Source of the DNA: Lytechinus pictus
Taxonomy: Eukaryota
Length of the DNA: 64,000 nt
Direction: 5' to 3'
Assembly: GCF_037042905.1 (NCBI RefSeq)
Contig: NC_087252.1
Coordinates: forward strand, 18,850,001 to 18,914,000
In this document: positions 40,720-53,818 of the stretch, in pieces
How the letters are laid out: every line of letters begins with the position of its first letter
Numbering within the stretch: the stretch's first letter is position 1
Notes under the pieces: generated by a model
Database searches by the model: none
Seen by the model: the letters and a program-made list of their open reading frames with translations, nothing else
Told to the model about the DNA's origin: nothing
Made by a program: the position numbers and the translations under genes

Positions 40720-41130
40720 GAGCAAAATAAAAAAAACCCCCGCAATTTCGGATAGTTTTTAGACGGATATGCCTATTGCATATGCCGTGTATTATCAACA
40801 CATGCGAAATGGTTTCGCTGGAGAGGTGATCTGACCCATGGAATCAATTGCCAGTGATCCACCATTAATCCATATCAGATGCAATATCGATTCGATGGAC
40901 TTCGATTATTTATATCTAAGCCTGAATTCAGTAAGTTTTTCCTCACTCAATATGTACTCGATTTGTTTGAAAAACCACTTTCTTATCCATGTCATAATTT
41001 ACCATTTACGCCTAGCGTTCCTCATATCTCCAGCCACCTGCCGGAGTAAAACCCCGCCGCGGGCTCAGGCTGGCATATGCTATGATGACCAGTCGTACAA
41101 TGCATGAAAGCGGGATAAAATCTCACAACT
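40720..41130 (+). pseudogene. Possible decayed V-type Ig exon
   Basis: MPCIINTCEMVS(fs)WRGD resembles intact IPCKINIRPKIVSWKK (exon at 46151). The downstream part is heavily disrupted. An inverted paralog lies at ~18600-18995. Confidence 0.35.
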
Positions 41131-41287
41131 TGGAATGGCATGCATGGTGTTGCATGAAATCATTTTGCACAAGAAAAGCAGATCTACGGGGCCTGGAACA
41201 CAAAGCTTAGCAATGATTGTAGAACAGTTTTCTCCGTTTGATTCTATTGAATATAATGCAAAATCAATCTTGAAACTCGAGTGTATG

Positions 41288-41670
41288 ATTTAGATTTAGA
41301 TTTTATTTCCGTTCAACAATTTTTCAAAATATAATCAAAGTAACAATACATATTCAATATAATCGATAATACAGACAAATCAATGAGATTTCGTAACAAA
41401 TGTTGAATATAAATTAAACAAAACTACAATTTGTTGCAGTAATATTATCAATGAAAAGAAACAAGAAATGAACGGAGGGACTTGCCGAGAAAAGCAAAAG
41501 CTTGTAGAGAAGGCAAGCCCCTAAACTTAGTTTCAATACTAATTATAAACAAACTATATATACAACTCTATACAAAAATCGAGACGGACACAGAAGACAA
41601 ACTTAAAACAAGTAATCCACAAATATCAAAATAAAACGAATAAGCGACCACAAAAATAAGAGAAAAATTA
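41288..41670 (-). mobile_element. LINE 3'UTR/tail fragment in reverse orientation
   Basis: On the minus strand, AATAAA is followed by (ATCTAA)n and there is a GGGCTTGCC...GGCAAGTCCC stem-loop. Absent from the inverted paralog near 18460. Confidence 0.55.
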
Positions 41671-41699
41671 ATTGTTAACTTTTGTGCTACTTGAGCGTA

Positions 41700-42050
41700 A
41701 TGCCGCGTCCCCGTGTCCTCGTATCCATGACCCTTAGATGTTGAGAAATGTAATGGAAACAATATTAAAGGGCCCAGCAACTGACAAATCATGGGGAAAC
41801 TGAAACAATACGAAATTTGCAAAAGGCCAATTGACTTGCATAATATAATCCGTCCGTCAAGAGCGCCCGTCGGACTAATGCGGTAAAAGTTCGGACAGCA
41901 CGAATTTGACCGAACTCGTGATGGTTATTTACTTCGGATCATTGCAGTTCCAGTTTCTAACAATCCCAATTCCTAGACTCATAGCAGGTCTCTTGATGGC
42001 TAAGCCAAAATAAATAACCACTGTGAAGTTACATGTTTCAAAGTGAAAAC
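41700..42050 (+). pseudogene. Decayed paralog of the C1-like Ig exon
   Basis: SYP*PLDVEKCNGNNIKGPSN*Q..EICK(fs)AN..YNPSV..TNAVKVRTARI*PN(fs)DG..TTVKL aligns in order with intact DPFPVIEGCQMNEDHSNC..ITCRANNYYP..SNVVKSLNTQTWSNTDG..TSVRL. Confidence 0.5.
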
Positions 42051-42275
42051 ACTCAGTTTACTTCTGGTTGGTTAGTCTACTAACTATAGCTCAATGAAAG
42101 GTCGCTTTAACATGCACTATACGAAACGAAAACAAAATCAAGCCAAGGAGTTCCTTCATCAAGCCTATCGTACGGGAACAAAAGGAGAACAAGAAAACAA
42201 CTCTTTTGATGCTCATTATAATTCTCCGAAAGCCGGACGTTGAAAATGGCCTGGGCCAGCGCACTGCTGTATTTA

Positions 42276-42437
42276 TACCTTGGTCACATTTGCTCTACGG
42301 CGGCCGTACGGCGAGTCAAAAACAGCCGTTTTCACATTTTATGTACGAGCTACATAGAGGTGGTTTGTATAAAAATGAATAAAACGGCTGTTTTCGACTC
42401 GCCGTACGGCCGCCGTAGAGTAAATGTGACCATGGTA
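42276..42437. mobile_element. 162-bp hairpin MITE
   Basis: ~55-bp TIR TACC(T/A)TGGTCACATTT(G/A)CTCTACGGCGGCCGTACGGCGAGTC with TA/TWA flanks. The empty site is seen in the paralog at ~16812. Confidence 0.85.
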
Positions 42438-43969
42438 TAAATGGGAGAGCTTATTCCATTGTCAAGTAGATCTTAATTGGGAGATTAACCTATTTTTGAA
42501 TGGATTGGGAGATTCCCCTATCTTTGAATATTGAGGTGGTCTGACTGGTGGGGGATTTCAATGGAAAGATGAACATTTTGATTGATGACTGTCTTCATAC
42601 TTTGATGTGTTCTCTATTTGAACACTGATGGCAACTAATCATCCCAACTGGAATTTGAGAAGGCGCTTTATGATATGTTCACCAAAAATGATTTGTTTAT
42701 AAGTATCTTTATATTAAATGTTACAAAGTTAGGTTTCATAAAGCAGATGTTATATTCGAAATACACAATAGTATCTGACTGATTAATGCAATCATGAATT
42801 GCAAGCAGAAAAAGGTTTTCCTTTTCAGGGGCGAATCCAGCATTATATATCTGTGTAATCATTTCCTATGTTGTATCATTGAGTTGAGAAATGAAATAAA
42901 CTTGGACTTTCGTCAATATAGAGAGGGCGCAAAATATTTTCATTTTCCTGATCTACCGCTAAAAGCTTATTTTTGTTGGTTTCTTTCAAGGAGTAGTCCA
43001 AACAGTGAAAATTGTTGGAACTTTCTTTTGTGTGTCCTAAAACTTGACCTACACTTTTATTATATATGTTTTTCCTAATAATACGTTTAAGATAAAGCAA
43101 GTGTTTTAACAATTCGACAACTATATTCCTTCGGTACATGTTTTCCCTTTTTTTCTTTCTGTTAACCTTAATTCTTTAAGTTATTTCTTTCGTAGTTCTT
43201 TCTATTTCCTTTTCACTCATTTTCATGCTAGCTTTCCTTTGTTTTATCCATACTTATTTTGTTCTGTATCTCTTAATGAAATATTGGCAGAGGACACTGT
43301 CCCCCCCCCCCCCCCCCCCCCCTTGAAAGCGAGGATCTGTTTTTTTTTTTTTTTTCTTGTCACTTTTTTTCGTGAACGAAATGACCTTAAATTTCGGGTG
43401 AAAACTTTGTGCTTGCTTGTCAAATTTTCCTCCGGAAAATGTGCCACCCCCTTGGAAAATCATGGATCCGCTCCTGCTAGAAGGAGTTCGCCATGATGGA
43501 GCAACGGGTAAAGAACAGTTTTAACATGGCCACTTTTTTTCCCTCTGTTGCCTTTCAAACTTTTCTTTGTTTTACCGTGTTTTCTTAACCCCCACCCTTC
43601 CTATCTCTTTCATTCGTTTCTCCAACAGCTATTTCTCTCTCCCACTTTCCCATTATTTTCTGTCCCTATTCATTTCCACATTCTTATCTCTCCCCTTTCC
43701 CATTCCCTTTTTAATTCCCCTCGATACTTTCTTCCAATCTCTCTTTTAACACCCTTTTCTCTTCTCCATTTTTTGTCCTTCATCCTCTTTTCTCCGTATT
43801 TTCACCATTTCCCCTTTCCTCTTCCTTCTACTCTTCCTAACATCCTAATTTCCTAATTTGAAAAGCGGAGTAATAATGCTTGTTTCAAATTAATATAAAG
43901 TCTACGAATGTATTGGGCCTACGAATCGAATGTGGGGATGTGGGGAATCTTATGATATTTCCCCCAACT

Positions 43970-44300
43970 AAAACATGATGGATTGACCCTCTCCCTATTA
44001 CAAAAAGAATGCTGATTGCAGCAAATTTGAAAGACAAGTAACGATTTATGGCATATTGTGCATGATTGCTCCGGTAATTGAGCTACTGTGGATTTTCGAT
44101 TGAATCCGAACTTCAACTACAGACTCGAACTATTATACAGTCCAGTTACCAAAACTGTCCAGGCCGACGGCACTGATCCGTACACTTTAGTATTCAGATC
44201 GGTGTCTGACGGACATTATGAAGGCATGCTTTTGTTTTGGTCGCCTAAATGTCAGAGATAAATAACAATGTCTGTTAGAGATTGAACTTACTCCTCCATT
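43970..44300 (+). pseudogene. Possible decayed C-type Ig exon
   Basis: IDPLPITK(fs)EC..DCSKFERQVTIYGILCMIAPVIELLW..KTVQADGT resembles intact IDPFPVIEGC..C..C....P.I.L..N.DGT. Confidence 0.4.
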
Positions 44301-44673
44301 TAAACTGTTATCTAAAACTCCCTCAGAGATGTTGTCAGAGATACACCAGCTGAAGATCACCAACGCACGCAGGGCACTGGCACTTATCTCTTAGATGGAG
44401 AGCAATGACGTCAGTGATTAAGGTCTAAATTGTCGATGAGAGAGATTTTAGTCTCTGTTCGAATAGTCGAGTTTCCTTGATTCATGAACTGGAATTTTAA
44501 TAGATAAACAACAAGAAAAAAATAAGAAAACAGAGAAAAAAATAATTATGCTAGTTAAGACTAAAATTGGGGCCATGGAGCAATAGAAATCCCTGATTTT
44601 TCAAGAAGTGAAAAAAGAGGAAGAAAAATTCTAAAGAAAGAAAGAAAAAGTAATAGTACGAAACAGAGCAAGT

Positions 44674-45120
44674 CCCGGGGGTGGGGCACCCAAATCATTT
44701 TTGATGGGTGTGTGCCTCACGAAATTCTGAAATGGGGGTCTAAGGACTGACTCAAAGGGTAAAGTACGGGGTCTTGGGAACTATACCGCGCGGTGTGAAA
44801 AACAGGGTCTACGGAACGGGATCGCGGCACTGTAGATACAGCGCTGTGCATGCGCTAACCTTGCGTGCATGGAGCGGCTACTAGTTATATGTAGGGATTA
44901 GAAAAGCCATATGTGCATCTCTCGCATACGGTGCTTGAGCTTGACAATTTTGACAGGCTGGGAACTGAGATCTCTCGTAACGGGGCTGGGCGGCTTCTGA
45001 ACTGAACTTTTTGTCATTCGAAGTATCTACAGAACTAAAAACTAGGTCTGAAAAAGAGGCTCATCAAAGAGGCACGTCCCCGTACCACCAATATATGTGT
45101 GTGCCCCCCCCCCCCCCCCC
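44674..45120. mobile_element. CCCGGG-terminal MITE with 8-bp TSD
   Basis: CCCGGGGGTGGGGCAC...GTGCCCCCCC(C)n, flanked by GAGCAAGT on both sides. Confidence 0.75.
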
Positions 45121-45276
45121 GAGCAAGTATTCTTAAATGAGAAAAAAATTTAGTCGTCAATCCTCCGCCAATTATGATATTTTGACACCCCCCCCTGGTG
45201 TGGACCTTCAATTGCTCAGCCTAAAATGTAATTCATTTACCTGGATCCTGTAATTCTTCTGTTCCTATATAACTAG

Positions 45277-45615
45277 ATACAAAGACAGAGGCAGTCCCCG
45301 ATGGAATTGTTTACACGGATATCAAACAAAACTTGGTCATTGGAAATCCGGGGGTATTAACATGCCGTTTTAACAAGGATCCTATCGCTGTTTACTGGTT
45401 AAAGGGCATTGTTCCTGAGCAGGCACCTATTCAGGTAATATGGCATGAAGGATCTAAGTCCGGCTCTAGATATGAAGATGGTACTTACGACATAGACAGA
45501 AATTTTTCCTTAATAATCAAAGAGGTCAAGGACGCCGACAGAGGGCGTTACATCTGTAGGGTTTCCAACCATCGAGGGATTTTGATAAACAACTACACCG
45601 ATGTTACTTTGTTCT
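45277..45615 (+). CDS. Ig receptor exon: V-type Ig domain 1
   Basis: TAG| acceptor and |GTAAGT donor, 339 nt, phase 1-1. Reads LTCRF...VYWLKG...FSLIIKEVKDADRGRYICRV (C, W, L.I and D.G.Y.C motifs). Confidence 0.92.
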
Positions 45616-46150
45616 GTAAGTTTATTTGTGTTGCTCAAAATAATTCGATACTTTTTAGTCTATTTACAGAACATTTAAATCTGTAAGCGATCTTTTGCAA
45701 TTGGGGTCAACTTTATTAAAAACAGTCGCGGTATATATAAATGTGTGTAATGTATGATTGAAGTTGATGCAGAGAAAGGTGAGGGCGAACACCCCTTACC
45801 TATGAGTAGTAATGAAAAATATTTCAAGAATGAGGTGAGTTAAAACGAAAAGAAATGATAAAAATGAAGAAAGACTGATACTAACAAGTGGTAGAAGTCG
45901 TATTTCTGTTTCCCTGGCTATTACATTCAGTGGTCCAATCGAATGTACCATCCCTGCTCATGTACTAATGAAATTATCCCCGCACCGCTTCTGGTCTTAA
46001 ATTTTAGTTTGTTTGCTAATTCATGACCATTTACTGGCCTGTCTATAAATCAATATGTGATATTTTAAATAATGTTGACACCTTTGTAATAATGGATGAC
46101 CCTATTCTATCAAATAATGATACAATTCTTTATTTTCATTTTACCATCAG

Positions 46151-46468
46151 CTACTGGACTTGAAATGGATCCCTATATTTCCCTTCAGAAGGGACTTCCT
46201 GGAATAATCCCTTGCAAGATTAATATAAGACCTAAAATCGTATCTTGGAAAAAAATCAATTCATCTTCAGAGCTAATAAAAGGGGTTGAACGATACGATG
46301 GTAAAGTCCATATATCTGACAATGAAACAGGGAAGTTTAAAATCACCGAGGACTACTCGCTCTTTATAACAAATGTTGATATTGAAGACGAAGGGCAATA
46401 CATATGCGAAGTTCTTGAGGTCTATACTTACGAAAAGTATAAGAATTCCTCAAGTATCAGCGTGTTTG
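46151..46468 (+). CDS. Ig receptor exon: V-type Ig domain 2
   Basis: CAG| acceptor and |GTAAGT donor, 318 nt, phase 1-1. Reads IPCKI...VSWKK...KFKITEDYSLFITNVDIEDEGQYICEV. Confidence 0.92.
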
Positions 46469-47330
46469 GTAAGTGTATGCAAAAAGAATAATGCCTGTTA
46501 AAATAAAAAAAAAAACTTATATTTACAGGACATATGATGTTCAAACGAGAGAGACGGTGATGTAACACAATATTTACTTATCTTATTACATGACACATAA
46601 TTATACAACAACATTTATGGCAGATTTTACAATACGGTGCGAATTTCATTGAATTATAATATCTTACAAATAAAATTTGCATGTTTTCATAAAATGAATT
46701 AAGAAGATATAGTTTGAGTGACTCCATAGGTTCACTCATGTGCACCATGAAGAGGATTTGATAACGGTTTTATCAAACTTAAGCAATATCTTAAAATGAC
46801 ATAATTTCCTGAGCTCATTTCGAATAAGAGTTTGATGGAAATATGCAGCATTGTGGTTGTTTCATGTTTTCCAGTTCATTGAATAAACGTTTGTTTTATG
46901 GACCTATTCTTTAATAGTTATATTTATTGCACTCATCGTATCCGAGCCAGTGCTCATAATTCCTAATACCAATTAATAAATTGTTGCCCATAAAGAAAGC
47001 AGGTTTTTACGGGTTTTCAAACTTTGTATCGATGGTTATGGGTTCACCTTGTCTGCTTTGACCAAGGCATCAATTTCCAGGATGTTCAAACTAATCACGT
47101 TTTCCTACAGTGGTACTCTTCATGCAACATAAATAGCACTTGGTGATAAGCATTTTAGCAATGAGGTAACATAAATGCTAATCACCTATTGCTATTCATA
47201 TCTTGCCTTACCTCAAATTTACCCAAAACCATGGCAACCTCCATTGCATTTTTTTTATTTATATAATGTTTGAAGCATTAAAAGGTGAATATGAATAATA
47301 TACATTGTTTCTTGTTTCCCTAAAAACCAG

Positions 47331-47702
47331 CGCATCCAATAGATCCATTCCCCGTTATTGAAGGATGCCAGATGAACGAAGACCACAGCAACTGCATCTT
47401 TACTGTAGATTTACCAACTACAATAACATGTAGAGCGAATAACTACTATCCGTATATTGGACTGTATCTTAAGGATGAGTCGAATGTCGTAAAATCTCTC
47501 AACACCCAAACTTGGAGCAACACAGACGGGACTAAGAACAAAAGTGTATCAATTGTCGGACATATAAGTAGAAATGTTTACACATGCGTCGCATATGATA
47601 TTCCAGGAGTGGATGCTAACAAGTCAACGTCAGTACGATTGATTCGACAAAATTCCTCACCCAATCTAGTCATTATTGTGCCCCTCATCATTACTTCAGT
47701 AT
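47331..47702 (+). CDS. Ig receptor exon: C1-like Ig domain plus first half of the transmembrane helix
   Basis: CAG| acceptor and |GTAAGT donor, 372 nt, phase 1-1. Reads PFPVIEGC...C...ITCRANNYYP...NTDGT...YTCVA...LVIIVPLIITSV. Confidence 0.9.
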
Positions 47703-47856
47703 GTAAGTATCAACAATTAATAAGTTCATTTACAATTTAAACTGTATCAAATATCTACGTAGGCTTAATACAAGTCAGTTAAAACATGTTCCCAGCTATT
47801 CTGCTTAAACAGGTAATTTCTGGAAATTATGTAATTTGATTGGTTTATGTTTAATT

Positions 47857-48199
47857 GGTTCAATGCCAATTCGTGAAATTACAAACTCGTCTACTATCCC
47901 TTGGTCTACCATCAGTTCTGTCCTCTTTCCACATTACTTGGTCTAATTGTCATTTCGTTTAATAACCAGCTGGCTCGATACTCATTTAGTCCATATAACA
48001 TTTACCATTGGACTAAGTATTAGTTGGGCGAAATGAATGAAAATTAAATGAATATCAGACCAACTGGTAATTATAAGAAGTGATGATTGAACCAATAGTT
48101 CTTAGACGAAATATTGATGGACGTAGTGGCATTAGACTAAATGATGATAGACCATATGATGACTGGACAGGTTGGCCATAAACGAATTGGCATTTTACC
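47857..48199. mobile_element. Small foldback MITE (GTCTA/TAGAC repeats)
   Basis: TIR GGT(TC/AA)AATGCCAATTCG with mirrored GTCTA.. and ..TAGAC short repeats. A related fragment is at ~21570-21700. Confidence 0.6.
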
Positions 48200-48384
48200 A
48201 TTTGAACAAATAGCGAAAGATCAAACAAGCATTACAATAACAATTTCATCAAGATTGGACTAGGAATAACAATTTATGACAATCCAATTTCGTTGAAATA
48301 AAGAGGATACATGCTTTACGTGTATAAGAATGTGATATCATTTGCATTTGATGAAAAAGTGGGGTCATGGCATCATCATCACAC

Positions 48385-51060
48385 CAGTGTTGTAGTCAAG
48401 GATTAAACCTCCAAGGCCAAGGTCTTAATACCAAAGGCCAAGGCTTCATTACCCAAGGCCAAGGCATGGAAACCCAAGGCCAAGGCATTTCAAGCTTTCG
48501 ATACAGAGAGCAATGAGCCAACAATGCTTAAGGCGGCAGACATGGCGCACATTGCAAAATGTATAAAAAGTGTGAGCGAGCGAACTGAGCGAGGAAAAAT
48601 TGTGACCCTTGTACATGTAAAACAAAAATGATTTCATGATAGATTAAGACATCATATAATAATAATAACATTTACTACATAATTTTTCTAGACGATTTAC
48701 ATTGCAATAATTATCATTACCGCGGTCATCTGATCCTGACATGCCCATTCTCAACGGATGTCTTTCTAAACTCACTGGGATAGGGATGACAAAACATATT
48801 TTAGTGGGGGGGGGGGTCAAAACCAAAAAGGGCACTTATACGTCAAAATGGACATTTTGGTGAATACATATATTTTTAAAAGGGGATTATCAACTGTGTG
48901 AAGTTTTTTTTTTTTTTAATTTAAATTTTAAGTGATTTCTAATTGATAAACTCGATATGATGATTTAGGCGTTATTTTTCTGCGAGAAAGCGGAGCGAAC
49001 AAGCGGTTTTGAAAAAAAAGCTTCTGAAGATGTAAAACTCGATTTTGGGTCAATTATAGCGCTTATCACTGTTAAAATGGTATTCTGGTGAGATGATGCC
49101 ACCGCGAATCACAAGCTCACACTTCTGGACATTTTGTGTAATAAGAAGTGAAAATCAAATATTCCGAGCAGTTTTTATAATCAAGAAAAAGATGCGTATC
49201 TAACTAAAGAATTAACGCGAGCGCGAAGCACGAGCTGAAATTTTTGATATACTACTAAGAAAAGGAAGTTTTTAAGGACTGCATTTAGTGACTCATAAAT
49301 AGGATAAATACAAATTACTAATCAAAGAATGCGAGCGCAAAACACGAGTTAAAAAATTGTGATAATCGAACCTGAAAACTGGACATTCTAAGCATTTTTT
49401 TGTAAACGGGAACAGAATGAGTACCTTACGTAACAATAATTGATGTGAATGCTGAATGCGGGCCCAAAATGGGTGATATTCCAACCCGAAAAATGCACAT
49501 TCTAAACATTGTTGTAACCATAAACAGGATTAGTTCCATACTAAACAATAATTGATGCGAGCGCGATCCAAAATTTGGTGAATTTCAAACCTCAACTGTA
49601 TTATGTTTTACAAAAAAAAGGATATTTCTTTTTGAAAAAAAAGGCATATTTTATTTGGAAAAAAGGGCATTTTCGATTTTGGAAAAGGGGGATTTTTCGG
49701 ACTCTTGTCAGTTTTCATGTTTGTTCTGCTTACAACCCCCCCCCCCCCCCAAAACCGGAATAAAGAATTCAAACAAAATAAAGTTGTATTGAAAATGATA
49801 CAAAATAAACGGGGCGCACCCCATACCCTAAGTTGTCGGAGGGTAAATACGTTGCTTATTTCCTTGAAAATGTAGTGAACTGAAATTCTCTGTCGAACCA
49901 TATTATTAGAAAGAAGTAAACATTTGTTTTTTTACTTTGTTTTGTCAATCTGAAACACTAGACCACAAACATATATATACAATTTAGAAAAGATGTACTG
50001 CTTATCAACATATTAACTGATTTGGCAGTATATTCTGCCTAATCAGCCAAATGTGTCACCTCCATCTTTCTCACGCCCTCACATGTTTTCCCCTCTATTT
50101 TCTCTCTCTCTCTCTTTTCCATTCCTTTTTCTCGCCTGTAAATATTAGACCCCCAATAAAGAAAGAGACAGAGAAAAAGAAGTTCCAACATCAAGAATAA
50201 ATTTAGAAAAGGAAAAAAAACGAAGGAAAAGGAACAAATGTGATATTATTTTCTAAACATATTGTCACTGTCTATCACAAAATTAGCTTTTCTTATAGTA
50301 AGAAAGTGAAAAGTTTCGCTCGCTTGCTTCAATCGCTTTCAACTCTTTTTTGCAAAAATTTTGCTCTGTATCCCATGCTTGGCCCCTCGAAATTTTTGGC
50401 TTATCATGTCATTGACATAGCCCATTTGGATATGAAAAAATTGAAGATTGTGTTCAAGTTTACCAAATCTTTTCAGAATATCATTAAGACTTAAAACATT
50501 CTTGTTGGCCAAACAAAATAATACAAAGAAAATCATAGAAATGAACCTTGTTAAGACTTAGCTATTTTTAAACTATGAATATTGTGGTCAAAAATGCAAA
50601 CAGATCTATCAGAATTATTCCTGTCATCAAATCGCTATTATCTTTATCATAATCATTATTGCTATCATTATTATCATTATTACTAATATTGCCATTATCA
50701 TCATCAGTCATGATTACAACTCATTACCAATAAATATTGTAATTTTTCATCACTGCTCATGTTTTTGCTACATATGTGGTGATAATTCTTGATAACGGTG
50801 ATAATTACAATTGATGGCACTGCTAGAACCCTTACTACTTCTGCTGCTACTGCTGACTGGATGTATTGACCATTAGTGCCATTAAGATATATACAGAACA
50901 ATTGAAACAGTTATTATTACTTATATAAAAACAAATGAAAGTACAAAATACAAAATACCTTAAAATTTCAAGGTTCAAAATCCTCAAGGCCAAGGCTTTG
51001 ATAAAGTAGGCCTTAAGGCACCTTTAGGCCATGGCCGGGCTTCAAGGCACTACAACATTG
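48385..51060. mobile_element. hAT-superfamily non-autonomous element
   Basis: TIR CA(G/A)TGTTGTAGT, subterminal (CCAAGG)n repeats and a perfect 8-bp TSD CATCACAC. Confidence 0.9.
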
Positions 51061-51610
51061 CATCACACCTATTGAATATAGCACATATTGCAAATGTTTA
51101 CAATTGTCTTTTGCCAGTTTATTGCCGAATTATTGAAATTGACTATCTTAAAAAATGACAAATTTTAATGATTTTTCTTACGTTTTGCCCTTTGAATTTA
51201 ACTGTAGTTAGCTATAACTATTTTGGTATTGAATAAACCTTTTATCGCAGGAAAACTGTGAAAAATAAGAATTACAAACATTTGATGTTTGTCTCATTCG
51301 AGGGGCTATTGATAATTAGAAAATCAAATCTAAAGAATGAAAAGTACTTTTCTACGGCCTAAATAGGAGAACATCACTTACCATAATCAACTCATATTCA
51401 GTTTTCCATTTTTTTTTTACGGGGCTTTGCTCACCCCCCCCCCCCCCCCATTTGGTGGCGCCCACGTCATACAATATATATACATTATATATTAATTACA
51501 GGGCATAAGATTGGTTTTAGTTAATTTATTTAATTTTATTTCTTTATTTCATACTGTTTTTGCTTTCCTGAAAGCAGCATATTGTTTTATAATTCTCTTT
51601 TTACCAACAG

Positions 51611-51652
51611 TATTTGCAACAGGCTTACTGTCATGGATCTTGTACAGATTTG
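51611..51652 (+). CDS. Ig receptor exon: second half of the transmembrane helix
   Basis: Polypyrimidine tract, CAG| acceptor and |GTGAGC donor, 42 nt, phase 1-1. LFATGLLSWILYRF completes the TM LVIIVPLIITSVLFATGLLSWILY. Confidence 0.85.
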
Positions 51653-51677
51653 GTGAGCATTATTATATCTGACTATA

Positions 51678-52496
51678 CAGAGCGTCCCAGAAAAAACGAA
51701 ACCGAGATTTATCGATGACTTATCATAACTTAATGACAGATGAAATAAACAAGTGACCTACCATTTTAAAGCTTAGAATCTCCTATTTCATCTGAAATTA
51801 CTAAGATTATTTCTCATTCACGCATGAGTGAGCAAAAACAATTTGAAGAGGGGATACCAAAAAGTCACTTGGCGGGCCGTATCTGGGTTTCAAAAAGAAA
51901 CCCACATTTCTAAGAGATTCAATATCTGCTCTTCAATTCGATACCTCAACTACATAAAATGGTCAAGAAATAACAAAGCTCTTCTTATTTGAAATAAAGC
52001 TTGAATCTCAATAATTTCATAAAATGGAGAGGTTTTACAGGCTAGCGTTTGGAGTCACTCGACACTCCGTTTTGTTGACGATCAGCCATGCATTAAGTCT
52101 TTTGTTAACCGTGCGATAGCTTCTGTGGGAAACCGGTGAAAACACGTTTATTTAATGCAATTATGGAAATACAAGCAGTATTTCGAGGGAACATAACTTT
52201 TTTACTTCTTTACCATTTTCTGTGATTAAAGTATCAAATAAAAGAGCAGATATTGAACTTTTTAGGAATGTGATTTTATTTTAGAAATTCAGATACCCCC
52301 GCCAAATTGATTTTTTGTATCCTTTCTGTAAATTGATTATTCTCACTCATGCGTGAATGAGGAATATTCTAAGAAATTCCAGATGAAAGAAGAGATTCTA
52401 AGCTTTACAATGGTAGTTTACTTGTCTACTATACTTCTGATTAGGTTATGATAAATCATCGATAAATTTCGGTGTCGTTTATTGTGGGACGCACTG
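51678..52496. mobile_element. Tc1/mariner MITE with long TIRs, copy 1
   Basis: TA|CAG(A/T)GCGTCCCA...TGGGACGCACTG|TA, with inverted arms of ~300 bp. Second copy at 59363-60179. Confidence 0.9.
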
Positions 52497-52919
52497 TATA
52501 TAATGCGTATCATAGTTTCCATTTGAAATATTCGTTTGCATTTGTTATAATCCTAAAGGTTTTTACACATTTATATATTTGTATCAATCTCTTTGAATAA
52601 ATTGCGATGTAATTATCAAACAATCTCTCCACTCGAGTAAGCACCACTTACTCTTTTACAGATAATGAAAAATTATTTGCGCAAAACCTGAAAATGCGTA
52701 AATTCACTAATACGTAAAGTATTATGAACGGTCATGGGTTTGAGAATATATGCTTCCTCGAATAGCAAGGATTCATGTAGTGCTCTATATTAATATCGTG
52801 TGTGTATTCGTCCAGTAATTACCTCGATCATATGTCACACGTATGATAAAGTTTGATTTACCAAGATATATGTATTTAATGAATAATGAGTATTATAGAC
52901 CATATATGATCATATTTAA

Positions 52920-53707
52920 AGGTCAAGTCCACCCCAGCAAAATGTTGATTTGAATAAATGGCGAAGAACTAGCATAACACTGAAAATTTAATCAAAATCG
53001 GGTGTATTATAAGAAAGTTATGGCATTTTAAAGTTTCGCTTATTCTTCACAAAACAGTGATATGCACAACTCAGTGACATGCAAATGAGTCAGTCGATGA
53101 TGTCCATCACTCACTATTTCTTTTGTTATTTATTGTTTGAATTATACAACATTTCATTTTTTTTTAACAGATTTGACCATAGGAACCGACTTGACTGAAT
53201 CATATAATATTAAACAATGCTATTTCCACATGTTCATGGAGGAATTAATCACTGTTTCACTAGACAATTAGGATAAAATTAGATTGTTTAATATTTCATA
53301 TAATAAAATACAAAATAAATAGTGAGTGGATGACGTCACCAGTCTCCTCATTTGCATACCAACCAGGATGTGCATATAACTGGTTTTTTTTAATAATGCA
53401 AAACTTTTAAGTTTCATAACTTTCTTATTTAACATCCGATTTTTAATGAAATTTTCAGTGCTATGTTTGTGTCAGTGTTATGCTTGTTGGATCTGTCCCT
53501 TTTTATTCAAATCAATTTTTGTTTGGTGGACTCCTTATTTGCATACCAACCAAGATGTGCATATAATTGTTTTGTGAAATTAAGCGAAACTTTAAAATGT
53601 CATAACTTTCTTATTTAACATCCGATTTTGATGAAATGTTCAGTGTTATGTTTGTGGGATTTTTTCTTTTTATTCAAATCAATTTTTTGTTGGGGTGGAC
53701 TTGTCCT
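52920..53707. mobile_element. Kolobok-like MITE (TTAA target)
   Basis: TTAA|AGGTCAAGTCCACCCCA...TGGGGTGGACTTGTCCT|TTGA. The right arm is internally duplicated. Confidence 0.8.
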
Positions 53708-53818
53708 TTGATCAAATATTTACCATCGTATATTATGAATCATATATCTATCAAGATACTAGTTACAGGATATTTTTCAAAAACATGTCACGTTATCTCA
53801 ACGACTTTTTTGCTACAG

